Source of the DNA: Bigelowiella natans CCMP2755
Taxonomy: Eukaryota > Protista > Cercozoa
DNA length: 34,688 nt
Direction of reading: 5' to 3'
Assembly (NCBI GenBank): GCA_000320545.1
Contig: ADNK01000514.1
Location: 1-34,688, forward strand
Positions within the stretch are counted from its first letter, which is position 1, and every line of letters starts with the position of its first letter. The notes under the pieces were generated by a model. It saw nothing but the letters and a program-made list of their open reading frames with translations, was not told where the DNA came from and searched no databases. Both the position numbers and the translations under genes were made by a program. This document shows positions 23,376 to 34,688 of this stretch, one piece after another.

Positions 23376-26300
23376 ATGAAGGTAACCCGGTTTGTTTAAA
23401 ATGAAGAAGGAAGATGGTATCCTAAGGAATGTTTTTTCTTACGGGAAAACAGATCGATAGCCTCGTGAGGAAACGGGTAACTTTTGTCGTCGACAACTTC
23501 CGCTATGAAGCAGAAGTCCTCGACGTTAAAGATTCCGAGAATCCAGAAGTAAAACTCTTTTACATAAGGTAAATTCATATCCACCACAATCATCTACAAT
23601 TTCTTAGATGGTGATGTTGCAGACGCCAAGACGAGGATGATGAGACGGAATGGTTAGGAATAAATCTGGATTCAAAAATGTTTAGCGATGAATATGGTCA
23701 CTTATTTTCATTCGAAGTTATTTCCGGGGAAAGAGCTAAACCTCAAGATTTTGATGGAGAGAAATACGACGAAGAAAACTCCATTGAACATATTTGTGAT
23801 GCTTTCGGAAAGAAACTTACTGGGCGTGATGGCTGGCTTCCATCAGTACGCGTATCACCCAAGCCACCTCAACGATTAGGAGTAAAAGGAAGCACAAAAA
23901 CAAAAGAACTCGGTCAATGTGAACGGAAGAAAGATAACTCAAGCTCCAATTTGTTCACAAAACTAAGGGAAAGTGATGGATGGATGAAGTCTGCTAACTA
24001 TCGCGAAGACGAATTCGAAGATGACATGGATGATGTAGACGAAAACTCTCACGAAATGAATTCAGTAAGCTGGAATCAAATAGTTGCTGAGTGCGACAAC
24101 AGTGCTAAAGCTAAACGCAAGGAGAAAAGAAAATCTCAAAGAAAGAAGAATACTAACAAATTCGTGCCTCCAACATGTAATCCATCTACTTCAATGTCCA
24201 ATCCACCTCAACGATTAGAAGTAAAAGGAAGCACAAAAACAAAAGAACTCGGTCAATGTGAACGGAAGAAAGATAACTCAAGCTCCAATTTGTTCACAAA
24301 ACTAAGGGAAAGTGATGGATGGATGAAGTCTGCTAACTATCGCGAAGACGAATTCGAAGATGACATGGATGATGTAGACGAAAACTCTCACGAAATGAAT
24401 TCAGTAAGCTGGAATCAGATAGTTGCTGAGTGCGACAACAGTGCTAAAGCTAAACGCAAGGAGAAAAGAAAATCTCAAAGAAAGAAGAATACTAACAAAT
24501 TCGTGGCTCCTGCTCCTACATCAAGCAAGCAAAGGTTTCTCGAAGACAAGGCTACAGATGAAAAGCGGGTAACGAGGAGATCTAATGATGTTCGAAGCGA
24601 CATTGTTCAGCAATCCGAACAAATTGAACACGCATGTGATACTTCTGCCCAAGATCCTGCAAAGGTCAAAGCCGAGTTAAATTCAATCCCAGAAGTTCCG
24701 TGTGACATACGACGTCGATATAGCTCTGAGAAAGAAGAAGAGGGAAAACGTTCGGACATGTTTGCAAAACTAACGGAGAGCGACGGATGGATAAAGTCGG
24801 CTAGATCTCGTGAGGACGAATTCGAGGAAATGGATCATAATCAATGCGAAATGAACTCCATTCTTTGGAATAAGACTGTTTCACAGAGTGACTACGATTG
24901 CGAAGGACGACGTATCTCTAATATCGATCACCTCAAAGAAGGAGATGAAAAGGAGGTGAAGGATGAGTTCTCCCACATTGCTCGAGAAGGAGAGGCGCAG
25001 GTATTTGATGAAAGCGGTATTGATAAGGAAGAGGTTAAAACAAAAAATCTTGAAGACTTTAGTGGTGATCATTTAAATAAGATACACTCAAGGGAAGTCC
25101 GAAGATTCAAGATCCAAAGCGAAAAGGAAAATGAATATAAATCAGAAATCAATTCCTTTTCGCTTGATTTTGGAAAACTCACGATAGATTTGGACAACGG
25201 AGTAGCTGTATTTGGCGGAGGGAACAATCTAATAATTGAATCCTGTGCAGAAAAGAGTAAACTGCTTATTCCAGGAGATATTTCCGAGGAGGGAGAGTTC
25301 AGACATGAAGAAAACTCAGAGGCTAATGTAGTAGAGAACAGCCAAATTCAGGCTTGTAAAGAAGAGCAGTCTTTATTTGCAAGAGATAAAACAGAGATGG
25401 AGAGTCCAGATTCTTTACCCTTGGAAAGAGAAGATCCTCTGGAATGTGAGGGAGCTAAAGAGTTAAAGGATCCAAATTTGGAAGCACAGATTAGCAACAA
25501 TTATACTCAAGCGTATATGGGAAACCTAACACCTGTTATGGAAGACCTAAAAATAGAGCCTGGTTCTCGCGTTCGAATAGTTAAGGAAGGTAAACACCTA
25601 CATCAAGAAGGTACAATCACGAAGTTCCTTCGCAACAAGGGGAAATGGGGGATTCGTCTCGACATCACTGGCAAGAAGGTACAACATCAAATGTATCTGA
25701 ACAATTGTTCTCTTCCACAATTTAACTAATTTTGTAATTCTCCAAACAAGGTGGCATGCGAAGAAGAGGGTCTTGAATTACTTATTGAAAAAGGGCTGGA
25801 CGAGGTCAAAGAGAGAGATGATACTTCTAGGAAAGACGCTATATCTGAGCCACCTACGCCGAAAAAGCGCCTCTTTCCTGATCTAGATGGAAATGAAGAC
25901 AAATCGGTAAGACACATGATTGAGTTCTCATTCAATACTCTAAAGAACAATTTTAAACGATGATTTTAGGTTCACCAAAATCAGAGAGATGAAAATCAGG
26001 ACGCTGAAAATGCCATTTCTGGCAGTGACGAGGCAAATAGCAGTGCGATGATAAAACTTCATTCCCGCGGTCCACAACGTCGAAAGTTCGTAGTTGAATC
26101 CTCAGACGAAGAAGAAGATGAGAATAAAGAAGAAAAGGATAGTTTTCTCATCGAAAAACAATTACGCAATCGAAGATTCATCGTTGAATCCTCAGACAAA
26201 GAAGAAGATAAAGAAAAAGATAGTAGAACTCTCAACAAAAAACAAACACGAAGTCGAAGGTTTATCGTAGAATCCTCAGATGAAGAAGAAGATGAAGAAG

Positions 26301-28458
26301 AAAACGAACCCTTTCAAAAAAAAGAAGATGAATCCTTTGAGGAAGAATTAAATGAAGAAGAAGATGAAGAAGAAAACGAATCGTTCGAGGAAGAAGAAGA
26401 AAAAGACAAAGAAAAAGATAGTAGAACTCTCAACAAGAAACAAACACGAAGTCGAAGATTTATCGTAGAATCCTCAGATGAAGAAGAAGATGAAGAAGAA
26501 AACGAATCGTTCGAGGAAGAAGAAGAAGACAAAGAAAAAGATAGTAGAACTCTCAACAAGAAACAAACACGAAGTCGAAGGTTTATCGTAGAATCCTCAG
26601 ACGAAGAAGAAGATGATAAGGACAATACTGCCAAGGATGATAAGCAACAAGAAACTTTTTCTCGTAAACAATCTTCCAGATTTGGGAACAAAGACAAGTT
26701 CCTACTTTCTCCCGGTGGCGTGGCATTATCACCTGCACGTGTTGATTTTGGAGTGAGTCACAGTGGAGACGATGAGAACTGCAATGATACGACAATAGAG
26801 CAGTCATCACCAGAAGACAGTCGGGGTATTAACGAACATGCTATTTCTCTGAACCATAATATCAGCTGAAATTTATTGGTCGGTTGTCAGAATAAATTTC
26901 TAATATATCATATGTTACCTATTTCTTTAGAAAGCTTCGATCTTAAGAGTAAAGCCTCAGGTGGAAGGAGAAATGAAGAGAAGGATCCACGAAAGCTGCT
27001 CTTTGATGGTAAGAACAGTGGCAATAGTGCACCTTCCCCAATTAAAATTAACGCGCCTGAAATGTGTGGTGAAGCAAGAACCATGGAGATATTATAATAA
27101 TGAGAAAATTGACAACATGGCTGATGGGAGCGATAGTAAATCTGCTATTTTTTAACTCGCACCATGCAGCTTCTAAAGCATCGATATTTTTACAGTGGCA
27201 AAAATCAAGAAGGAACCACAGCTAGCTGGTGATGATGATGTTTTTGAAGTTCCAGTGGCTCCATTGATTAATCGCAGGCCGTTTCAGAAATTATCAGGTA
27301 CTTGCGCTACTGATAGAGTCTGAATCATTAGATAGTTCAGAAATGTATTTGAGCTAGCTACACTTGAATATTTGCTGGTTGCCAAAGGACACATGCATCG
27401 ATGTGTTTATCCTAAATTTGCGCTAGAGAAAGAGGGAAAGAAATAGGGACGGCGATGAAGAAATGTATGTTATCAATGGGTGTCTTATGTTGAACGCAAC
27501 TTAATCTACAGATTCAAGCCATAACTTTACAACACCTATACGACGTCGTGGACGTCCGAAAGTAGCCCCAACCCCCTGTATAACTCCTAAGCGTCCAGTA
27601 TTGACGATCGATCTCACCGCGTCGCCTTCCTCGGAAGTGGAAGATAAATTTCTCAATGGTATTGAGGGCAAAATGCGTTGTCTTACGCTGGACGAAGGAC
27701 ATGAGAAGGAAGAAAGCAGTGATTCAGCCTATGAAGGCGACGAAAACAAGAAACCTCTTCACAAATCAAAACCTATGCGTTGGAATCAATCGAACAAGCG
27801 ACTTACTAAGAGAAATCGAGAACAGCTGACTTCACATTACTTTTCGCATTTCAATTCTAAAATCTTCCAAGAGGAACTCCCGAACATACCAATAACTTGG
27901 AACAACAGACTCAACACTACAGGAGGATGCACTCGATTCACGAAGAATAGAGTTACCAAAAAGCATGAGGCTCAAATCGAGCTGGCAACTAAGGTTATCG
28001 ACACAGAAGAGAGGCTCAGACAAACTTTGTGCCACGAGATGTGCCATGCTGCCTGTTGGATTATCTCCAAAGTGGCAAAACCTCCTCACGGGAGACAATT
28101 TAAGGCGTGGGGCAGAGTCGCATCAAAAATATGTCCCGGAATCGTGGTTAATACCTGTCACAACTACCAAATAAACTACAGATTTCGTTGGAAATGCGAG
28201 AATCCATCTTGTGGAAACGAATTTGGACGTCATTCTGACTCCCTTGATGTTACGAAGAAAGTTTGTGGGAGATGTCGGGGTAGTTTGATAAAAATAGGCC
28301 GATTTAATAAGGATGGAACGCCGTATAAACCGAAAAAACCCAATAAATTTGCACTTTTTGTGAAGGAAAATATAAATAAAGTCAGAAGACAGAATCCAGG
28401 AACTCCACACAGAGACATCATGAAGCTTGTCGCAGCGAAGTACAGAGAATCCAAATAG
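23376..28458 (+). CDS. GCNA: GCNA/ACRC-like protein: long acidic disordered N-terminus plus SprT metalloprotease, Zn finger and HMG-like box; spliced, start uncertain
   Basis: ORFs 23678-25729, 25751-25963, 26048-26869 and 27601-28458 appear to be linked by short GT-AG introns; not all junctions were resolved. C-terminus: FNSKIF...ITWNNRLNTTGG...IELATKVID...TLCHEMCHAA (HExxH)...PHGRQFKAW...CHNYQINY...CENPSC...CGRC...KPNKFALFVKEN...HRDIMKLVA. This is the SprT-ZnF-HMG order that defines GCNA. Confidence 0.88.
23864..24505 (+). repeat. Intragenic tandem duplication (303-bp near-identical unit, 339-bp period)
   Basis: 23864-24166 and 24203-24505 differ at only 2 positions I could see (gga/gaa, caa/cag). 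A diverged third copy lies at about 24740-24890 (FAKLTESDGWIKSA...EMNSILWN). Confidence 0.95.
26078..26615 (+). repeat. Five acidic coding repeats (R/K)F(I/V)VESSD(E/K)EED, putative phospho-SIM array
   Basis: Repeated ...cgaag(a/g)tttatcgtagaatcctcaga(c/t)gaagaagaagat... units. A hydrophobic core followed by Ser and an acidic run is the typical SUMO-interacting motif layout. Confidence 0.85.
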
Positions 28459-28634
28459 AAAAAGTACACTGTATAGTAATTTATTTCACTTCAATGAACA
28501 AAATTCTTGATGTTTCATTTGGGTTGAAGATGAATTCATCAATGATTATATGTTTAATATTGCAGGCTCTGTCTTAATGCAAATGCTGTGTGTCGATTAA
28601 ATATTTCCTCGCACTATTAGATCTGGAGAAATAC

Positions 28635-29020
28635 CTACTAGCTAGCTAGCTAGATCGACCGCATCGGCATGCGATTCCAGCAATATCGCATCGCATTACT
28701 GGTTGCGATTGTTGGCTAGCTGGCTAGCTGGCACGCACCATGCTAGCATGCAAATGTTACACAGCTAGAAAACTTTCGTGCTATTAGCGCTCGCTTCTCC
28801 TAGCCTGCTAGCCTGTCTGGCTGTCTGGCTAGCTAGCTAGACATACGTACTAGCATACTACTCGACTATCTAGATAGCTCTGGAGCTGCGTGGCTGCATG
28901 CAACGCACATACGCACCCTAGCTAGCTAGACACGGCTAGACGGCCTCTAGCTAGCTAGGCGCTATCTAGCTATGTCCAGATGTGCTGCGTCGCAACATCT
29001 AGATTAGAGAGCCTCTCTAG
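28635..29020. repeat. (GCTA)n/CTAG-rich tract in a convergent intergenic spacer
   Basis: Many ctagctagctag runs are directly visible. Confidence 0.8.
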
Positions 29021-29162
29021 CATGATATAGGATGTGCGCTAGGCAACAAGTTTCTCAAGCTAAGCGATACTTCATTGCTAGGAATAAAAGCATCCAAATA
29101 TATTATACGCCGCTCACGAGGTGCTTATGTATAGACACATAGAGGCATAGCTAAGCATACAT

Positions 29163-29204
<42 letters not shown>

Positions 29205-29357
29205 TATATCATCTTCTGATTAAGCCTTATCGCGATACACTGCTTAAATGTGAATAAACAAGTTGTCGATGTATTACTGTGATGTCTCATAAAGGTCCAT
29301 TTTGTAGCGCCAACGTTGTCGTAATAATTATGAGCTTCATCACATTCATCGTCAACA

Positions 29358-30314
29358 TTATTTCCTTGTTTGTCGAGAGAATCGTCGACGCTGTTTCGAT
29401 GGACTGATATCCCTCTCCATATTTTGAGATTCAGGGACCATTTCTTTCTGATGTGTGCTTCGATCTCGTGGTGTCCGGTGAAAGCGCTGAGATATATGTA
29501 TTAATCCGCACCATGTTAAATATATTACTACATCCATATGAGCACAGAACTGTCAGTACCTGCTTTCTGCTTGGAATCCCTTCTTCATAATCTTCGTCCT
29601 CATCCTCATCCTCCAAATCCTCATCCTCCAATTCATCATCTTCATCATCGTCATCATAATCTTCCTCATCATCGATGTCGCTATCATCATCTTCAGAGCC
29701 CCTCTCCTTTCCCAGCACCGTCCCTCTTGAGATGGACGATTTGTTCACCGCAACAACGGAGTTTTTGGAGCTCCCCTGATTCGATTGAGGGGGGGGGGGC
29801 AGCTTGGGTTGGACTCGACATTGAGAACTTCCAAGACAAGAGTACCCATCTGGGCAGCAAAATCTGTAGCTACCGCACGTCGCTTAAGCGTACGGACAAA
29901 TGCTCTGACCACAGACTGTTCCTGAGTTAAATACCGATCATCATTGCGCACACACAGCAACGCATTGATAAGCGTGTAGGTCTGATGTATAAGCAATTTT
30001 TCCTTGAAATTTTAATTTTGTATTCTTGCTTGTTGATAGGGATAGATAGATAGATAGATAGATAGATGGATAAAGTTGATTGTTACAAGGAGTGAGTATG
30101 ACCGATAAAATTTAGTAAGTTGTTGATACTCAAGCACACTTCATTTTTAACCTTTCAGGGGTGTAAATGTTTTTCCTGTCACGGACGATACTTCAAGCAG
30201 AGAGATTGCAGAGCACACATCTCCCTCACAGAGGGTAGAGTTCTTTGACCCCCGCTCGTCTTTGTCAGACGCAGTAGCACAGGAGGTGACAAGTAGGATG
30301 CTAAGCAGCAACAT
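29358..30314 (-). pseudogene. Secreted protein with a granulin-like Cys motif and acidic tract, interrupted by an in-frame TAA (possible pseudogene or unrecognised mini-intron)
   Basis: Exon 1 MLLLSILLVTSCATAS...SLLEVSS...PLKG (phase 1) joins TVCGQSICPYA*ATCGSYRFCCPDGYSCLGSSQC...PPPP...D/E-rich tract. TAA at 29884-29886. Last exon ends RQTRK* at 29358. Confidence 0.5.
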
Positions 30315-30729
30315 CGGCAGTCTGTCTCCCTTTTCTACTCCTTTTTATCCCTATGCCTTTGATTGTCTCGTAGGAGAGGCTGTTACCCTCCCCCTCGCCG
30401 CTCAGTGCGACAGAATTTTCAATTTAATTTTCGAATTCGTAAGCCGACTTTTTTAGGTAGAAAAATGTGGAAAATAAAAAAGCGGAAATCCTAGGAAATC
30501 CATTTGGAAAACCCATGAAACCTCACATTCTTGTGTGGAATGGCCTGCAAAGCCGCTGTGCTCAACTTGATTCGGGTGCGGTCGGCTCAAGCAAGTGTCT
30601 TGCAACACTTTGGAAATGTAGTTTTTCATCATTGTTTCATTGTTTCAAGCGCTGCTGGCAGGCGGATGTGAAACAAAACCTCGATTTCTTTGGTTGCTGT
30701 TGACCTTGATTGACGAGGACATGGATGAG

Positions 30730-31810
30730 TCAGCATGCTAGCATGCTAGCATGTCCCGTGATCCTTCCGAATCAAGCTTCACTCATTCGTTTTGGTGTTC
30801 ACTCACTCCATCTAGCTAGCTAGTCAGCACTCTGGCACCCACCACCTTCCTTTCTTGCTGGCTAGCCAACTAGCTGCAGCTTGGTGCAGGTTTCTTCGAT
30901 GCTAGGACAGTCAGCTAGTCAGGCTAGCAGGATTGAAACAAAAATGAATTCTGGAATTCCATTGTTGGTGTGCGTGCAGTCTTGCAGTCCTAGAGTCGAG
31001 CAGTGCTCGCATGCTGGCATGCTTGCTGGCATGCTAGCATGGCTAGATGGCCATGGCTGCTAGATGGCATCGTCACCAGCTAGCCAGCAAGTCAAGCTCT
31101 GCTGGTCTGGAAATACGGTGCTCGTTCTGGCATTCTAGCAGCATTGCTGGATTGCTTGTGTTGAGCTCATTGCTAGCTAGCTCGTTCTAGAGCTAGAGCT
31201 CCTCCAGCTAGCTAGCGCAGCTAGTAGACGACGCGAGTTCACTGTCTAGCTAGACATCTGTGCTAGCTGTGGCCAGTCTAGCAGTCAGCAGTGAGTCTAG
31301 CTAGCTAGGAGTGCTAGAGCTAGAGAGTTGCAAAGAGGCGACAAGCTTCTAGACTAGAAGAGCTTTATCTTGTTCTAGAGTTGCATTGTCTAGTTGTGCG
31401 TGCACACCTAGCTAGCTAGACACGCTAGCACGCCAGCTAGCCAGCATGCGCTCACGCTCGTTCCAGCTAGCTAGCCTGCTAGCCTGGCTAGCTGGCTAGC
31501 TGGCAGACAGAGCTAATGACTAGCTAGAGAGCTAACTAGCTAACGAGAACTACTAGCTCTAGAGCTAGCTAGAGAAGAAGGTGTCGTCTGCCTAGCTAGA
31601 CTAGTACACACAATGTACCAGAAGGAATGCGCATGCTGTAGTAAGCATCGCTAGATCGTGCTAGCTAGCTAGTCTAGCAGTGGCTGCCATGCTAGCATGC
31701 CAGCAGCCACGTTCCCTTAGTCCTCTTGCTCAAACACGTAGTGCTAGAGTGCAGGCAAGCACGTACAAAATGGGCTTCTATTCTAGCTAGCTAGCTAGCT
31801 AGTGCAACGT
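30730..31810. repeat. Long GCTA/CTAG-rich low-complexity intergenic tract
   Basis: Very dense gctagctagc and catgctagcatg words are directly visible. Confidence 0.85.
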
Positions 31811-31955
31811 GCAAGTTGTTAGATGTGAACATGTCAGCGCATGTAGGTGCAATTCAGGCACTCGTTTGACGTGAAAACTTTAAATGTTGATCATTAGTAA
31901 GCAACAAGAATTGTGCGGACCATCTTGCACATCTCTCCGGCCGACACATCGAACT

Positions 31956-32567
31956 TCAATCCAATCGAAGTTTTTGCATTGGCGAGCCACAGTTCTTTGA
32001 AGAAATTATCCGTCTCTTTCTGTTGGAGCTACCGGCCTTCTCAGTCGACATCATCACTACGCGTGTGCCATTGGCGTTCTTTTTCCTCTTTATGCAAATA
32101 ACAGAGCTCTGGCGGCGACGTGCAGCCTGATGCAACAAAAGAATAGAGACAGGGAGGGAGAGGAGCCAGGTCACTTTTTTAGAAGAAAATCTCTTTGGTT
32201 ACTGCAATTATGTACACTGTAGTTCATTACGCGCATGCAAGAAGCAGGATGTGACTACACATTTATGTCTTACTAGATTCTGTTATCATCACCTGTTTCT
32301 TGAACTTTCGCTGATTTTCGATCTTGCGGAATTCTTGACGGAAGTCGGCGGAGAACTGCATCCAGACTCCGAATAGTGAGCGCCAACCTTGGAAGTAGTG
32401 AACAATACCGAAAAATTCACCAACCAACCAATAAAGCCAATGATTGTCACACGTTCGTTCTTCGCTAATTTCTTGTGGAGTTCCGGCATACTACATATCT
32501 AACAAAACTCCGACAATATGCACTAATACATGAGCATTAACATGAATTCGAGTAATCTATCACTAGG

Positions 32568-32629
<62 letters not shown>

Positions 32630-33568
32630 ATGAACATATACATATAATTATTTGCCATAATATTATCCATTGATTCAGATTGAAAAATACTTTCCGCGCT
32701 TCCTCCGTCCTGATCAAGGCCAAAATACTGCATTGTGCCAGCAAATTGTTCGAGTACTTCTTTGCGGCGTTGCGACACAGTCCTAAAAAATGTCATAAAA
32801 AAAAACATCAACAATCTCTCGAAATTAATTATATTCCATCATTTCAACCCCCCCACCCCCCCCCCCCCTCCCCCTCCTGATCTTCGTAGCTACCTCCATT
32901 GCCGTTCTGCGGACTCGTAAAACTTCCGAGCCTAGTAGGACCAGCAATTACACGATTAACAATCAATCAACCGTTGTAGAAAGACGAGTTCAATATCAAA
33001 GGCGGCTTGGTGCAAACATGTCTCCATCCCCCCTTCTCTCTTTTCGTCCTGTGCAGCTGCTGCTGCTGCTGCTGCTGCTGCTTATGATGGATGATGATAA
33101 ACACGCATGATATAGTACCCACCTCCTTGGGAGGAGATGTGAACATTCGGAGGCATTCCTTAAGAAAACCAAGGTTTGAGCTCAGGAAGGCGCAGTCTAC
33201 TCGCAGTCCTTCTGGATCTACCCTGATGATGGCTGGCTAGTTAGTTTCGCAGCAGCAGCAGCAGCAACACTAGTAGTTGTAGTAGTAGTAGTTGTAGTAG
33301 ATGTAGGAGGAGAGGAGGAGGATGAGCAGAAGAAGCAGGAAGAGACACAAATTGCCCGAGTTTTCCTGTGCTTCTTCATACGTGTACACGGCTTCTTCTT
33401 CTTCTTCTTCTTCTTCTTCTTCTTCTTCTCTCTTCTTCTAAAATAGACGTTCATGGTTCTTTGGACTTTTTATGGCTACCATCCTCCTCCTCCTCCTCCT
33501 CCTCCTCCTCCTCATCATCATCGATAACTCTTCCTCCTCCTCGTTGCCATCACCGCCATCAACATTGG

Positions 33569-33608
<40 letters not shown>

Positions 33609-34267
33609 CAAACACGCACGCACCTGTTTGCTTCCGCTGTTGGGGACACATCATCCAGGAAGTCGTTAGCAAGCTGTTGGTGAATACATTGAGACATCAG
33701 AGAAAGAAGACTTCAGCTAAACACAAGCAGGTAGATATTGCAGGAGAGAGGGGGGGGGGCTAGAAATAGTAGCAGCAAAAGCAGTAGTAGCACTAGCAGG
33801 GTGATTTAGTCTGTTTATTGACATTATAAACGTCCTCCTCCTCCTCCTCCTCCTTCCACTCCCCTCATATCTACTACGACTACTACTGTTACTACTACTA
33901 CTACTACAACTACCTGTCTATCTAACACTTACTACTACTACTACTACTATTACTATTACTACTACCTTAAGATCCGTGTCCATTATATGAGTCACAATCA
34001 CCTGCAGCAAACTCACTTTTCTGTCCTTTCCCTTGATCGATCTAAAGAGGGAGGAGGAGTGGGGGCGTTGTAGAAGGCTACTGCTACCCCTATGACTGCG
34101 ACGACTACGACTCGGATGTGTGTGCAGGAATGGCAAGAGAACCACTAATCCGTAAATGTTTGTCTCAAGTGATGATGGCCGGCAAAGCTGCTACTTCTTA
34201 GTATCATTATTACTTGAGGGTCTGGAGAGTAGAAATGTGGAAGCCCCGAGCTCCTCCCTTCGAGCAT
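31956..34267 (-). CDS. Formin, C-terminal part of the FH2 domain; gene continues beyond the window
   Basis: Spliced exons give KGGARGFHISTLQTL|KSIKGKDRKVSLLQVIVTHI...|LANDFLDDVSPTAEANR|VD...|ARKFYESAE...|FAGTMQYFGLD...|WRSLFGVWMQFSADFRQEFRKIEN. These match the FH2 GA.GF.L..L..L...K, TLL, YFG and F..F...F patterns. Stop at 31956. Confidence 0.8.
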
Positions 34268-34380
34268 CTAGGGAAAACAGCAGGTGCAGTTGATGATGAC
34301 GACAGAACGGAAGGGAATACAAGGAGAGAGAGAAGAAGTGAGCCTGCTGCTCTTTCTACACTTGCATATAATCCCAAGTT

Positions 34381-34416
<36 letters not shown>

Positions 34417-34561
34417 TAGGAATGTGAGAGAGCAGCCCTATGCAGCAGCAGCAGCAGATTAGAAAGATACTAACTACGAGGGGATTGGGTGATACTACCC
34501 TGCATTCATTTGATTGCCCGTTCTCAGAATGACCTTAATTGTGTATGTGTTCGTATGAGTG

Positions 34562-34678
<117 letters not shown>

Positions 34679-34688
34679 TTATGTCACG

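Noticed and set aside
26078-26615. Regularly spaced repeats resembling a CRISPR array
   Set aside because: They are in-frame coding repeats with repeated rather than unique spacers, in a eukaryotic gene, with no cas genes.
29745-29996. Apparent frameshift at the G homopolymer linking ORFs 29745-29996 and 29431-29748
   Set aside because: The splice phase of exon 1 selects the Cys-rich frame, which is already continuous with the acidic ORF. No frameshift is needed.
32289-32489. ORF MPELHKK... as a formin exon
   Set aside because: A different frame starting near 32388 (WRSLFGVWMQFSADF) fits the FH2 pattern and splice phase better.

Overview
This is eukaryotic nuclear DNA with many GT-AG introns and microsatellites. 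Two genes carry signal-peptide plus transit-peptide leaders without the heterokont ASAF motif. That points to an alga with a secondary plastid, most plausibly a chlorarachniophyte (inference). Manual splicing gives about 11 protein genes: a JmjC oxygenase (5' end missing), mitochondrial stomatin-like protein 2, a PAN/Apple-GT13 (GnT-I-like) glycosyltransferase, a membrane-anchored PH-domain protein, a glutathione peroxidase, MsrA, a secreted GH16 glucanase, a thylakoid-lumen TPM/TLP15-like protein, a GCNA/ACRC-like SprT protease, a secreted granulin-like/acidic protein with an in-frame TAA, and the 3' part of a formin. The main hidden signal, absent from the ORF track, is two adjacent co-oriented selenoprotein genes. 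One is a plastid-targeted GPx (NVASK-UGA-G) and the other an apparently intronless MsrA (GMG-UGA-FWG). Each has its own type II SECIS in the 3' UTR, and the MsrA element has an atypical UUGA core. A second unexplained signal is three intergenic blocks almost devoid of TpA except inside CTAG. All gene models were spliced by eye and no database searches were run.
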